A stretch of 63,609 nt of DNA, filler included. It is 6 parts of 6 records of this genome, joined end to end, with 100 filler letters (N's around TTAATTAATTAA, not from the genome) between each part and the next. Parts side by side here need not be neighbours in the genome. Positions count along the whole stretch, not along the records: positions 37,963 to 43,729 come from SRR31156797_18320; positions 43,830 to 53,643 come from SRR31156797_18321; 4 more parts are not named here. One strand, 5' to 3'. Positions 39,650 through 49,567 of this stretch are shown in pieces (the stretch's first letter is position 1; each line of letters opens with the position of its first letter). A model generated the notes under the pieces. The model was not told the origin of the DNA. It made no database searches and saw only the letters and a list, made by a program, of their open reading frames with translations. The position numbers and the translations under genes were made by a program.

Positions 39650-41190
39650 CCACTCGTTTCCAGGTTAAAAGCGCCGCAATAGAGGGCTTCTTTGAGTTCC
39701 GCCTGCATCATCTGACCGTGCCACAGTACCGGACGCTCCCCGGTCCAGCGACCTTGCAAAAAGGATTTGATATCATAGATGCTGTCATAGGGTTTTGTCT
39801 GGTCGCTCTCCTCCAGAAATGCCGAAACCCGTTTCCCGCAGAATGTCCCCTGGCAGGCTCCCTTTCCCACCCGGCTTCGAACACCGATGGCTTGCAGGCT
39901 GGGGTCCCCGTCTTTGTCTCTGATGGACCGAACAACGCTTTTTACGGTGCTTTCAGGTACCATCTCACACTCACAGAGGATCGGGTCGTTATCATGGTTT
40001 CCGAACCAGTGTTTCGGTCCCAGGGTCGGTTCGGTCCATTTTCCGGAAGAAGAGGCGGGGAGGGGTTTTGTATGCGTTACGCACGGTGCGTGGATGCCCA
40101 GTTTTTCACATATGAGATCAGCGGTTTTCTCCGCCATGAAACGGAAAGTGGTCAATTTTCCGGATGGAATGGTGGCGAAATTCTCTAAGCCCTCACGCGC
40201 GTGATCCAGCAGGGTGAATCCGCGACTCACGGAACGGTCATCCAGGCTTGAACCCATTTTCAGAAGCGGACGTACGCCGGCATAGGACCGGATATAGCGG
40301 AGGCCTTTCAAGGTGGGGATCATTCCGGATCCTTCATTCACAATCAGGTCCACCTCTTTAATGGTCGGGGTGATCAGGTCGGGAGAATCAATTCTGACGG
40401 AAGTGGTCCCCAGGAGGGAGACGGTACCGCCCGGAACAAGAATGTCCCCGTCTCCGGGGCTGCGCAGCCTGTTGACCACCCGCTCCGTAACCCTGTGCGC
40501 AGTCACAAGCAGGGTTCCCTTGGAATAGAGCATCTCTATTTCGAGCCCCGCCAGTGCCGCCACTTTTCCTACCCAGGGCCCGGCTGCGTTGACCACTTGC
40601 ACCGGTTGCACAATCCTTTCTTCACCGGTGTGCACATCGGCCAGATGGACCTTAATGATTCGACGGTTTTCTTTTTCAACCCTGACCACTTTGGTGTTGC
40701 ACAGAAGGGTACCGCCCAGTTCCTGGGCGTGGGCCATATTTTCAAGGGAGAGTTTGAAAGGATCGACCGCGGCATCATCTACCCGGTATGCGGCAATGAT
40801 TCTGCTGGAAAGGGAAGGTTCAAGATCTCTGGCTTCAACGGGATCAATCGGCTCACAGGGGATGCCGCATTGGTGGCAAAGGAACGGAAATTGGGCGGCA
40901 TAGGTTTCATCATCACCTTCAACGGCCACAAAGAGCCCGCCCGTATCCTCGATGCAGTGGGGTGCCACCCGTTTCAGTATTTCATTTTCCTGGTGACACT
41001 CTTTGGCAGCCTCCGGGTCAGTGGAAACATAACGTGCGCCGCTGTGGAGCAGTCCGTGGTTTCTCCCCGAGGCACCCGCATTGACATCCCTTTGTTCAAC
41101 CACCAGAACCCGCACCCCACGCAGTGCCAGATCCCTCGCGAGCCCGGTACCCGTAACACCCCCACCAATGATGAGCGCTTCAGTGTCCAA
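39646..41190 (-). CDS. glpA: Anaerobic glycerol-3-phosphate dehydrogenase subunit A
   Basis: GGGVTG, GRNHGLLHSGARY, YAGVRPL, GKLTTFR, C-terminal CECE...CQGTFC; TTG start with AGGAGG. Confidence 0.95.
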   Translation of the reverse strand: MDTEALIIGGGVTGTGLARDLALRGVRVLVVEQRDVNAGASGRNHGLLHSGARYVSTDPEAAKECHQENEILKRVAPHCIEDTGGLFVAVEGDDETYAAQFPFLCHQCGIPCEPIDPVEARDLEPSLSSRIIAAYRVDDAAVDPFKLSLENMAHAQELGGTLLCNTKVVRVEKENRRIIKVHLADVHTGEERIVQPVQVVNAAGPWVGKVAALAGLEIEMLYSKGTLLVTAHRVTERVVNRLRSPGDGDILVPGGTVSLLGTTSVRIDSPDLITPTIKEVDLIVNEGSGMIPTLKGLRYIRSYAGVRPLLKMGSSLDDRSVSRGFTLLDHAREGLENFATIPSGKLTTFRFMAEKTADLICEKLGIHAPCVTHTKPLPASSSGKWTEPTLGPKHWFGNHDNDPILCECEMVPESTVKSVVRSIRDKDGDPSLQAIGVRSRVGKGACQGTFCGKRVSAFLEESDQTKPYDSIYDIKSFLQGRWTGERPVLWHGQMMQAELKEALYCGAFNLETSG

Positions 41191-41341
41191 CGAACACCTC
41201 CTGTTTTAGGTGGCTGAATTGAAAGGGGCCATTGCCTTCACAAGAATTTCAGGTTGAATTCATAGCCCTAAAATTCATATTTCAGGCGCATGTTTTTGTC
41301 AATAAAAAAGTTGCGGTTTCATACGGATTTTTGTATTTTAA

Positions 41342-41355
41342 TTTCGATAACGAAA
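41342..41355. promoter_or_regulatory. Putative GlpR operator
   Basis: TTTCGATAACGAAA near-palindrome like the GlpR box TTCGATAACGAA, between divergent glpA and glpR; weaker copy TTTCGGTTGTGAAA near 41423. Confidence 0.6.
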
Positions 41356-41515
41356 ATAATTCGGCAAATATTCGCCTTTATGCGCGATTTGAAAATAATA
41401 TTTTTTAACCTATTGATAAAAATTTCGGTTGTGAAACTTTTCTTTTAGGCCTGAAAGTCATATGATTATCTCCTTAAGAACAAAGCCATGGAGGTCGAAA
41501 GTGTCTGGAGAAACA

Positions 41516-42328
41516 ATGAATGGAAATGATGCCGCCAAAGTTCGCGGAAAATCGGTTTTTCTCCGCCAAAGGAAAATCGTTGATCTGGTCAAATCCCTCG
41601 GATTTGTTTCAATCGAGAGCCTGGCAACAAACTTCTCAGTGACACCACAGACCATACGGCGGGACATCAACGAACTGACCCAGGCCGGACAGCTTCAACG
41701 CCATCACGGGGGGGCCGGTCTCCCCTCCAGTGTGAAAAACGTGGCCTATACGGCCCGCAAAGTGATGTGCATGCCGGAAAAAAGACGAATCGCCCGCCTG
41801 CTGGCCCGGCACATCCCCGACAATGCATCTCTCTTTATTGATATCGGAACCACCACGGAAGAAGTGGCCAATGCCCTGATTCATCACAAAGGCCTCAGGG
41901 TTATCACCAACAATCTGAATGTGGCCACCATTCTGAGTGAGAATGAAAACTTTGAGGTCATTGTGGCCGGCGGCGTGGTGCGAAGCCGGGACAGGGGCAT
42001 TACGGGAAAGGCAACGGCTGACTTCATCCGGCGGTTTAAAATCGATTTCGGCATTATCAGTGTGAGCGGAATCGATTCTGAAGGGTGTCTACTGGACTTC
42101 GATTTCCAGGAGGTCGGTGTGGGGCAGACCATCATTTCAAATTCCAGAAAGGTCTACCTTGCGGCGGATCACACAAAATTCGGCCGTGAGGCCATGGTGC
42201 GCCTCTGCAACCTGCGGGATATGGATGCGCTTTTTACGGATCAAATGCCGGGGCCGGACATTTGCCGGATGCTATCCGAAGCCAATGTTCCCCTCCATGT
42301 GGCGGAACCCCATGAGACGCCCGCCTGA
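41516..42328 (+). CDS. glpR: DeoR-family glycerol-3-phosphate regulon repressor
   Basis: VTPQTIRRD, RHHGGA, IDIGTTTE, ITNNL, LDFDFQEV, ADHTKF. Confidence 0.93.
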   Translation: MNGNDAAKVRGKSVFLRQRKIVDLVKSLGFVSIESLATNFSVTPQTIRRDINELTQAGQLQRHHGGAGLPSSVKNVAYTARKVMCMPEKRRIARLLARHIPDNASLFIDIGTTTEEVANALIHHKGLRVITNNLNVATILSENENFEVIVAGGVVRSRDRGITGKATADFIRRFKIDFGIISVSGIDSEGCLLDFDFQEVGVGQTIISNSRKVYLAADHTKFGREAMVRLCNLRDMDALFTDQMPGPDICRMLSEANVPLHVAEPHETPA

Positions 42329-42480
42329 TTCTGTTTGGTGCCGCTGTGCTGCGCCATGGTTGTCATGTGTGGGCCTCTGTGAACCTTCGCTTTATGGTTG
42401 CGCCCGAAACGGTAATATGAGACAGTAAAAAAGGGGTGATCACGGACTTTGAGCCATGAATTGAACCGAACCTTCATTTC

Positions 42481-43026
42481 ATGAAAAGTGGGTGTGCCAT
42501 GCAGGAAAATTTTACGGATGCTTCATTTTTTGCTTTGAACCGGCTTATCGACGTCATATACCGGGATGAAGAAGATATCGGGGATATCCTTTTTTATATG
42601 GTGTCTCTGGCTGCTGAAGTCATGGGTGCCAGGGGAAGCACCATCAGGATTTTGGAACAGGGGACCTTCCATCTCAAATTGGCCTCCTCTTACGGCCTCA
42701 CAAAATCCTACCTGAATTCAGGGGCCATTGATTTTGGCAAGAGTGTTACCGAAATTATGGCCGGCGATATCATCATCATCAACGATTTTGAAAATGATTC
42801 ACGTATTCAAAACCTGAAGGCGGCCAGAAAGGAAGGCTTAAAGTCGGTGATCGGACTTCCTTTCACCGTAAATGAAACCACCTATACCATCCTGAGGGTC
42901 TATTTTGCTTCAAGAAAGGTGCCGACCCAAGACGAAATATATTTTCTGAACAGCCTTGGAAAATTGAGTTGTCTGGCCATTGAACGGGCCGCTATCAATC
43001 ATTTGCGGGCCGGGTTAAAGATTTGA
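42481..43026 (+). CDS. Stand-alone GAF-domain protein
   Basis: LKLASSYGLTKSYL, AARKEGLKSVIGLP, LSCLAIE. Confidence 0.8.
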   Translation: MKSGCAMQENFTDASFFALNRLIDVIYRDEEDIGDILFYMVSLAAEVMGARGSTIRILEQGTFHLKLASSYGLTKSYLNSGAIDFGKSVTEIMAGDIIIINDFENDSRIQNLKAARKEGLKSVIGLPFTVNETTYTILRVYFASRKVPTQDEIYFLNSLGKLSCLAIERAAINHLRAGLKI

Positions 43027-43046
43027 AACCCTTGATAGTCAGGAAG

Positions 43047-43352
43047 TTAATTTTCTTCAAGGTATTTAACGGCCTTTTCAGAAGAGACGGTGTGGATGCG
43101 GATGGTCTTGTTCCTTGCATGCTCTCCTGAGACGATTTGGATTTTTCTTTTGGGAAGTCCTGTTTTTTTTGCGAGAAAATTGATTAGCGCTTTGTTGGCC
43201 TTTCCTTCCATGGGTGGTGCCGTGAGTTTTATTCTGTAAACGCCGTCCGTTTTACCCACAATTTCGGTCTTTGAAGAACGGGGTAGCACCTTTACCCGTA
43301 TCACAGCCCCCACGGGGTTTTCCGCGTCCTTGTTTTGCGCCTGCAATGTCAC
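43047..43352 (-). CDS. yggU: DUF167/YggU family protein
   Basis: VKVLPRSSK, LTAPPMEGKANKALINFLAK, VSGEHARNK; GTG start overlapping the yggT stop. Confidence 0.9.
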   Translation of the reverse strand: MTLQAQNKDAENPVGAVIRVKVLPRSSKTEIVGKTDGVYRIKLTAPPMEGKANKALINFLAKKTGLPKRKIQIVSGEHARNKTIRIHTVSSEKAVKYLEEN

Positions 43353-43654
43353 TACCCTCCCATCCGCATTGCCATTTCCGCGAGACTTGTCACCAGGAAG
43401 CGTTGCACGAAGACAATGATGAGAAGTACGAGGATCGGTGAAAAGTCGATGCCCCCGAAACTGATGGGCAGCCGCCGCCGGACCTGGTAGAGCACCGGTT
43501 CCGTGACAGCATTCAAAAACCGTATGATGGGGTTGTAGGGATCCGGGTTGACCCAGGAAACCACGGCCCGGGCGATAATGATCCACATGTACAGGGTTAA
43601 AGCAATGTCGAGTATTTTAGCGATGGCAGCCAGAAAATTTCCGATGACAAACAT
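43352..43654 (-). CDS. yggT: YggT family membrane protein
   Basis: SWVNPDPYNPIIRFL..TEPVL, GGIDFSP. Confidence 0.95.
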   Translation of the reverse strand: MFVIGNFLAAIAKILDIALTLYMWIIIARAVVSWVNPDPYNPIIRFLNAVTEPVLYQVRRRLPISFGGIDFSPILVLLIIVFVQRFLVTSLAEMAMRMGG

Positions 43655-43729
43655 GGAATTCGTCCCCCTTCACGAGTCAAGAATTGTTTTAGAACCGTGA
43701 ACTGTAAACTGTTATTATCCATACGCCAA

Positions 43730-43829
43730 NNNNNNNNNNNNNNNNNNNNNNNNNNNNNNNNNNNNNNNNNNNNTTAATTAATTAANNNNNNNNNNNNNNN
43801 NNNNNNNNNNNNNNNNNNNNNNNNNNNNN
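43730..43829. other. Artificial contig spacer
   Basis: N-run + TTAATTAATTAA + N-run. Confidence 0.98.
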
Positions 43830-44431
43830 AGTCTTCGACGAAGCAGTCTCGTATAATTAACTGAAATAGCTTGGCTTTAACCTCAGACTGTTTTTAGTGT
43901 CCTTAGGAGTGGTTAAATCTGGTAATTGGCTTTTAAATGGTAAATCGCGTTACGATGCCTGCCTCGTAACGCCCTGTCTTGTCGGCTCTGCGGCCTCTTT
44001 ATCTTTCTGAAGTTCAAATGCATTTTCCTTTACCTTGGAGTGCATGATCTGCCTCATTGTCATTTCCCTATTAGAGTGATATCAATTAGTCTCTATTAAG
44101 GAGCAATCTCGGCGTGTCTGCTGGTCTCTTGCGGCGCCGCAAAAGGTTGCTCCTTATTTTTTTTGTAATAGACAAATATTTGACATCCAACATGAATAAA
44201 TTCGCTAAAACCTCAACATGGATTCACTTCTCAATGTCTTTTTTACTTATGAATTAATGATTTAAACCTGAAACATGTAAAAAATAAGATAATTATACAA
44301 TTTTACTCTATACGTAGCCAACCTGTAAGGGTGAGGAGTAATTATCCCTTTATGGACGCATAACCCTTCTACATCATGTATAAAAATGGGTGTCAAAATA
44401 AATTTGCTTGCATTATTACAAGTGTATGATA

Positions 44432-44450
44432 CATTTGTTCGAAACAAATG
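44432..44450. promoter_or_regulatory. Putative TetR autoregulatory operator
   Basis: CATTTGTT-CGA-AACAAATG perfect 8-bp inverted repeat 19 nt upstream of the TetR ATG. Confidence 0.7.
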
Positions 44451-44469
44451 ACCTGATAGGTGAACGATT

Positions 44470-45138
44470 ATGGGAACGCTAAAAGACTCCGAAGCAACAC
44501 GCGCCAGGCTTATCGAAGCCGCGGGGCGGCTTTTTGCCGAAAAAGGCATGAATGGAGTGACAGTCAGGGATATAGCCAAGGAAGCTGAAACGCATCTGAG
44601 CGCTCTGAACTACCACTTTAGAACCAAGGAAGCCCTATATCGGGAAGTGGTTATGCACGCCTGCCAAACAGCAGTCATGACTCCGGAAGAACAAAAGGCA
44701 TTGCTACAACTCGAACCCGGCGAAGCGTTGTTTATACTAATAAAGGAATCGCTCAGACAATATGCCGAGCAATCGCAGTCGAATTGGCGCCTGGCTGTTA
44801 TCACCAGGGAAACCTGGGAGCCGAGCCCTGTTTTCGATGAGGTTTTAAGAGATTATTACAAGCCGGAGGCGGATTTTGTAGCAAGTATCATCGGCCGGGC
44901 CGTTAATCAGCCGCCGGACTCCGACCCGGTGCGCTTTGCCGTGGTAACGCTTTCCGGGTTGCTGGACACTTTTGGTCTTTATGGGCATTATATCGACGCG
45001 ATCGCGCCGGGTCTTATGGATAACAAGTCCGGAGATGACCGGATAGCCAAAAAGATCGCACATATCGTAATTGAAGCAGCCAAGCCGTCCGCCGGCGACT
45101 GTCATGATGTTTCTAATCTGAAGAAAGGGCGACAATAA
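44470..45138 (+). CDS. TetR-family regulator (CecR/YbiH-like)
   Basis: TRARLIEAAGRLFAEKG..TVRDIA..LNYHFRTKEALY. Confidence 0.92.
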   Translation: MGTLKDSEATRARLIEAAGRLFAEKGMNGVTVRDIAKEAETHLSALNYHFRTKEALYREVVMHACQTAVMTPEEQKALLQLEPGEALFILIKESLRQYAEQSQSNWRLAVITRETWEPSPVFDEVLRDYYKPEADFVASIIGRAVNQPPDSDPVRFAVVTLSGLLDTFGLYGHYIDAIAPGLMDNKSGDDRIAKKIAHIVIEAAKPSAGDCHDVSNLKKGRQ

Positions 45139-45468
45139 ATGAAATGGATATGGCTCGCTAGCTCAATCATTCTGGAAGTTGCAGGAACAACAGCGTTAAA
45201 GGTAGCCTCGCAAGGAGGCAAGTATGCAATATTGTGGGGTGTTTCCGTTATCGGCTTTTATGCATCCTGCTTCTTTTTCATGGGCGTGGCCTTTCGTCAT
45301 TTTGACTTGGGCCTGGTTTACGCTGTCTGGTCAGGCGTAGGCACGTCTATGATTGCGATTATCGGAGTGCTGTTCTTTGGAGACGGCATGAGCCTGATGA
45401 AGATCGCTTCAATCACTTTAATCATCATTGGCATCGTCGGCCTCAACATGGCCGGCGTCCAACATTAA
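45139..45468 (+). CDS. SMR family small multidrug efflux protein
   Basis: WIWL...LEVAGTTALK (Glu14 equivalent), YAVWSGVG, four TMs. Confidence 0.93.
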   Translation: MKWIWLASSIILEVAGTTALKVASQGGKYAILWGVSVIGFYASCFFFMGVAFRHFDLGLVYAVWSGVGTSMIAIIGVLFFGDGMSLMKIASITLIIIGIVGLNMAGVQH

Positions 45469-45487
45469 CTTTTTTGGTGAGACAAAA

Positions 45488-47029
45488 ATGAAAGTATACC
45501 TAATCAAGGCGTCGGCCCCTGGACCTTTCAAGGAATATAAAAAAGCCATGGGCGCGCCGCCTCAGAATATTTTTTCCGTCGCGGCCGCCACACCGGCCGG
45601 CGTGGATATTGTTCTGTGCGATGAAACCATCGGCATGAAACCGAAAATAAACATGGACGCAGACATTGTCGCCTTGTTTTTTCATACTCCGGACGCCGTG
45701 CACGCGTACGCCCTTGCCGGCAAATTCAAATCCAGAGGCGTGACCGTCGTATTGGGCGGCCTGCATCCTTCGTTCAAACCCGATGAAGCAGCGGAAAGCG
45801 CGGACGCGGTCATGATCGGGGAAGCCGAAGGAATATGGGAAGAGTTGATTTCGGATGTAGAGCAAGGAACTCTGAAAAAATTCTACCAGCGAAAAGAACC
45901 CGTCGACCTGGCGGAAGTAAAACCTTATCCGACAAATCTGATCCCGCCGTCAAAGTATGATAATTTCTGGTCGGTGCTGGTTTCGCGGGGATGCGTCCAT
46001 CGTTGCGAATATTGCGCCGTCCCGCCGTTTTTCCAGGGAAAATACAGACTGCGCCCAATCGAAAACATTGTGGCTGAAATAAAGGCCGCGCCCGGGGATT
46101 GCTGGTTTGAACTTCATGCCGACAACCTGACCGCGAATCGCGATTATGCCTTGAACCTGTTTAAGGCGCTTAAGCCTCTTAAAATAAATTGGATGGGAGA
46201 GGCGACCATCAAACTGGCCGATGATGACGAGCTTTTGCAGGCTGCCGCTGAAAGCGGATGCAAAGGCCTGTTGATCGGAATAGAGACGCCGTCCCAGGCC
46301 GCACTCAGCGAGTCTGGAAAGGGGTTTGTTGACCCGGACGAGGTGAAGGACAAGATCCGAAAATTTCATGATTACGGAATCCAGATCACTTCTTCAATGA
46401 TATTTGGATTCGACAACCATACAACAGGCATTTTCCAGGAAAGCGTTGATTTCTGCCGTTATATCGAGATTGATGAAGTTGAATCAGTCCTTTTGATACC
46501 CTTTCCCGGAAATCCGCTTTACAAGCGGCTGGAAGAAGAAAGCAGGATCCTGACCAGGGACTGGTCTTTGTACGACGGCGATAACGTGGTGTTCCAGCCA
46601 AAAAAAATGAGCCCTGAAGATCTTAAAAACGGCCAGGTCTGGTTTTGGAATGAAATTCGGAAAAAAAGACCGTCCAGGCCGTTTGCACCTCTGAATTCAA
46701 ATAACGGTCAAAAGGAGTCGCCTCCTTCATCCGGGCCTGCCTTGACCACGGGCGGCGCCGGAATCATACGCTGGAAGTCCATCCTGGCGCTTGCGTTGAT
46801 CGGCATCGGCCTGGTTTTTGACCTGTACTGGATTTGGGGCGTTCTTTTTGTGATATGGGCGCTCAACGACCTGCGTAACCGGTCCACATATCTGCTCGAC
46901 TACATCCCCAGGTCCGATTCGCCGGTACTCTACTGGATTGTAGTCATAATGTGGCTGGTATTGGGCATATGGACCCTTGTTTTTTCACCAGTATCGTACT
47001 GGGCGTTAAGTAAAGGTATGTTGGTCTGA
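45488..47029 (+). CDS. B12-binding radical SAM protein with C-terminal membrane domain
   Basis: VLGGLHPS, GEAE, SRGCVHRCEYC (CxxxCxxC), GIET, IFGFD; hydrophobic C-terminal tail of about 90 aa. Confidence 0.9.
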   Translation: MKVYLIKASAPGPFKEYKKAMGAPPQNIFSVAAATPAGVDIVLCDETIGMKPKINMDADIVALFFHTPDAVHAYALAGKFKSRGVTVVLGGLHPSFKPDEAAESADAVMIGEAEGIWEELISDVEQGTLKKFYQRKEPVDLAEVKPYPTNLIPPSKYDNFWSVLVSRGCVHRCEYCAVPPFFQGKYRLRPIENIVAEIKAAPGDCWFELHADNLTANRDYALNLFKALKPLKINWMGEATIKLADDDELLQAAAESGCKGLLIGIETPSQAALSESGKGFVDPDEVKDKIRKFHDYGIQITSSMIFGFDNHTTGIFQESVDFCRYIEIDEVESVLLIPFPGNPLYKRLEEESRILTRDWSLYDGDNVVFQPKKMSPEDLKNGQVWFWNEIRKKRPSRPFAPLNSNNGQKESPPSSGPALTTGGAGIIRWKSILALALIGIGLVFDLYWIWGVLFVIWALNDLRNRSTYLLDYIPRSDSPVLYWIVVIMWLVLGIWTLVFSPVSYWALSKGMLV

Positions 47030-47109
47030 AACATAATTATCTGAAAATGTAATTATAATTTAAGATTCATGATGTAATTTGAGTGGGTCTTGCTCCCGTT
47101 TACGCGGCC

Positions 47110-47143
47110 TTGACATTTTTACCGGGTACTGGTATGACCTCTT
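47110..47143 (+). promoter_or_regulatory. Sigma-70 promoter overlapped by a FadR-type operator
   Basis: TTGACA-17 nt-TATGAC; TACTGGTATGACCTCTT resembles the FadR box AACTGGTCNGACCAGTT and covers the -10. Confidence 0.65.
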
Positions 47144-47159
47144 ACCAGAGCCAGGAGAA

Positions 47160-47867
47160 ATGAACATGCTAAACGAACCCGTGCTGCTGAAACCGACTCA
47201 ATATGCGGAAAAACAGCTTATTTCCAAAATTCTTGACGGCACATTTCCGCCGGGCGGATTCCTGCCGGCCGAAAGAATGCTTGCTTCCCAACTCAAAGTC
47301 ACCAGGCCGACCCTGCGTGAAACAATACAACGCCTGGCCCGTGAAGGCTGGCTGACTATCAGGCATGGAAAACCGACCAGGGTGAATAATTACCTGACCG
47401 AGGGCGGACTTGGCGTGCTCAGCACCATGGCCGGATACGGGCATCATTTGGGCCCGGACACGGTCCTGCATATGCTGCAGGTCAGGGACGCGCTGATTCC
47501 TTCCGCCGCGAGAATGGCTGCGGAAAATGAACCGGAACAATTAATCGCCCATCTTGCCAAGGCGGAAACCCTGTCCGACGACCCCTTTGAATTCGCTTCC
47601 TTTGACTGGGAACTCCAGATCCTCATGACCCGCTTGTCTGGCAATTCAGTTTTTTCCATGATTTTCAACGATTTTGAAAATGTATACCTGCTTATGGCCC
47701 ATGGATATTTTATAAGTGAGCAATCGCGCCGACTGTCCCGCAATTACTATGACAAACTACTCGATCATCTCACCAACCGAAAGCCGGGCCTGGAAGACGT
47801 GGTTCAGGAAACAATGGAAAAAGTCAATTCCTTTTGGCGGGAATTGATGGAAGAAGACCGGGGCTGA
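47160..47867 (+). CDS. fadR: Acyl-CoA-responsive FadR (GntR HTH + FadR C-terminal domain)
   Basis: LPAERMLA..VTRPTLRETIQRLAREGWLTIRHGKPTRVNNYLTEGGL, the E. coli-type FadR signature. Confidence 0.88.
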   Translation: MNMLNEPVLLKPTQYAEKQLISKILDGTFPPGGFLPAERMLASQLKVTRPTLRETIQRLAREGWLTIRHGKPTRVNNYLTEGGLGVLSTMAGYGHHLGPDTVLHMLQVRDALIPSAARMAAENEPEQLIAHLAKAETLSDDPFEFASFDWELQILMTRLSGNSVFSMIFNDFENVYLLMAHGYFISEQSRRLSRNYYDKLLDHLTNRKPGLEDVVQETMEKVNSFWRELMEEDRG

Positions 47868-47894
47868 ACAAATCCCCGACCCGTGGAGGATATC

Positions 47895-49523
47895 ATGATC
47901 GATCTTCACAACATACCGGAAGAATGGGACCTGATCGTAATCGGCGGCGGCGTCACCGGGGCCGGGGTCCTGAACGAAGCCGCCAAAATGAACCTGCGAG
48001 CGCTTTTAATAGAACAAAACGATTTTGCCTGGGGGACTTCAAGCCGGTCTTCCAAATTGGTGCACGGCGGTTTGAGGTACCTTAAACAGGGGAAATTCTC
48101 CCTGACCCTGGCTTCGGTCAGGGAACGGGAGCGCCTTATAAAAGAATCCGGCGGCCTGGTCAAACCCATAAACTTCCTTGCTCCGGTTTACGATGATTTC
48201 GGTCCCGGTAAATGGACCGTGGAAGCCGGTTTGCGCATTTACGACTTTATGGCCGGAGAAAAGCAGCACCGCTATTTCCACAGGCAGGCCTGCCTGGACC
48301 TTGAACCCGGTATAAGGCAGGAGCATCTGCAGGGGGGATTCAGCTTTAAGGATGCTGATGTGGACGACGCACGCCTGGTGCTTCGCCTGATAAATGAAGC
48401 ATCGGCCCGCGGCGGCGCCGCCCTGAATTATGTCAAGGCGACTGAAATTTTGCGGGACCAGTCGGGCAGTGTCGTCGGCGTGGGCGCCCTGGATGTGGAA
48501 ATGGGAATCTACAGGGAACTGAAAACCAGGGTCGTGGTCAACGCTTCAGGCGCCTGGGCCGAGCAACTCCACCCCAGCCCCGAGTCCGGCCGGCATATAA
48601 GGCCCTTGAGAGGCAGCCATCTAATAATCAGCAGATCCGTGCTGCCCGTTTCTTTTGCGGTTAGTTTCGCCCATCCGGATGATGGACGCCCCATCTTTGT
48701 CCGCCCCTGGGAAAACGCGGTGCTGGTCGGAACCACGGATGTGGATCACGATAAATCCATGAACGATGAGCCGCATGTTTCAACTGAAGAAGCCGAATAC
48801 ATGATCAAGGGCGTCCGGTTCATGTTCCCCGAGGCGGTGATAGAAAATGAGGATATGCTTTCCTGCATGGCCGGGGTCCGGCCGGTAATTAGCAGGGGCA
48901 AGGCCGATCCGTCGGAAGAATCCAGGGAGCATGCGGTTTGGGAAGATAAAGGGCTGGTAACGGTCACCGGCGGTAAGCTGACCACTTTTCGCAAGACGGC
49001 CCGCGAAGTTTTGAAAACCGCTCAATCCGGTCTTGGCGGAGCATCCCTGGCCAGCGACCACGAACCTGTTTTCTTCAAGTTCAGGCCTTCCGCGGGCAAG
49101 CGTTATAATCTGCCGGACCATCAGCTAAGGAGGCTGTTTTCGAGATACGGCTTCCATGGGGGAGAAGCAATCGCTTCCGCGCCCATGCTGGATTTGGAAA
49201 CCGCGCCTGGATGCGATACGTTATGGGCCGAACTAGCTTATGCGGCCCGGTTCGAACAAGTCAGACATCTTTCCGATTTACTGCTCAGGAGGACCCGGGT
49301 CGGTCTGCTGACTCCTGACGGCGGGCGGGAATTCCTGGACCGGGTTCACCAGGCCTGCGCGCCCTACCTTGACTGGGGCCCGGATAAATGGCGGCGCGAA
49401 AAGGATTTATACCTGGAAACCTGGCAAAGGTATTATTCCCCTCCCATTACAGGCGCCGGTCAATTGGAATATGTTGCGGAAAGCGATGAGACTCCGGAAC
49501 AGCTGTTGATCGCCGCCTCATAA
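47895..49523 (+). CDS. FAD-dependent glycerol-3-phosphate dehydrogenase/oxidase (GlpD-like)
   Basis: GGGVTGAG, GTSSRSSKLVHGGLRYL, DDARL, GTTD, AGVRP, GGKLTTFR, LLRRTR. Confidence 0.92.
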   Translation: MIDLHNIPEEWDLIVIGGGVTGAGVLNEAAKMNLRALLIEQNDFAWGTSSRSSKLVHGGLRYLKQGKFSLTLASVRERERLIKESGGLVKPINFLAPVYDDFGPGKWTVEAGLRIYDFMAGEKQHRYFHRQACLDLEPGIRQEHLQGGFSFKDADVDDARLVLRLINEASARGGAALNYVKATEILRDQSGSVVGVGALDVEMGIYRELKTRVVVNASGAWAEQLHPSPESGRHIRPLRGSHLIISRSVLPVSFAVSFAHPDDGRPIFVRPWENAVLVGTTDVDHDKSMNDEPHVSTEEAEYMIKGVRFMFPEAVIENEDMLSCMAGVRPVISRGKADPSEESREHAVWEDKGLVTVTGGKLTTFRKTAREVLKTAQSGLGGASLASDHEPVFFKFRPSAGKRYNLPDHQLRRLFSRYGFHGGEAIASAPMLDLETAPGCDTLWAELAYAARFEQVRHLSDLLLRRTRVGLLTPDGGREFLDRVHQACAPYLDWGPDKWRREKDLYLETWQRYYSPPITGAGQLEYVAESDETPEQLLIAAS

Positions 49524-49567
49524 AAGCCATGCCCTAATCGGGCCGGAAGTTACACCATCCGGGAGGA

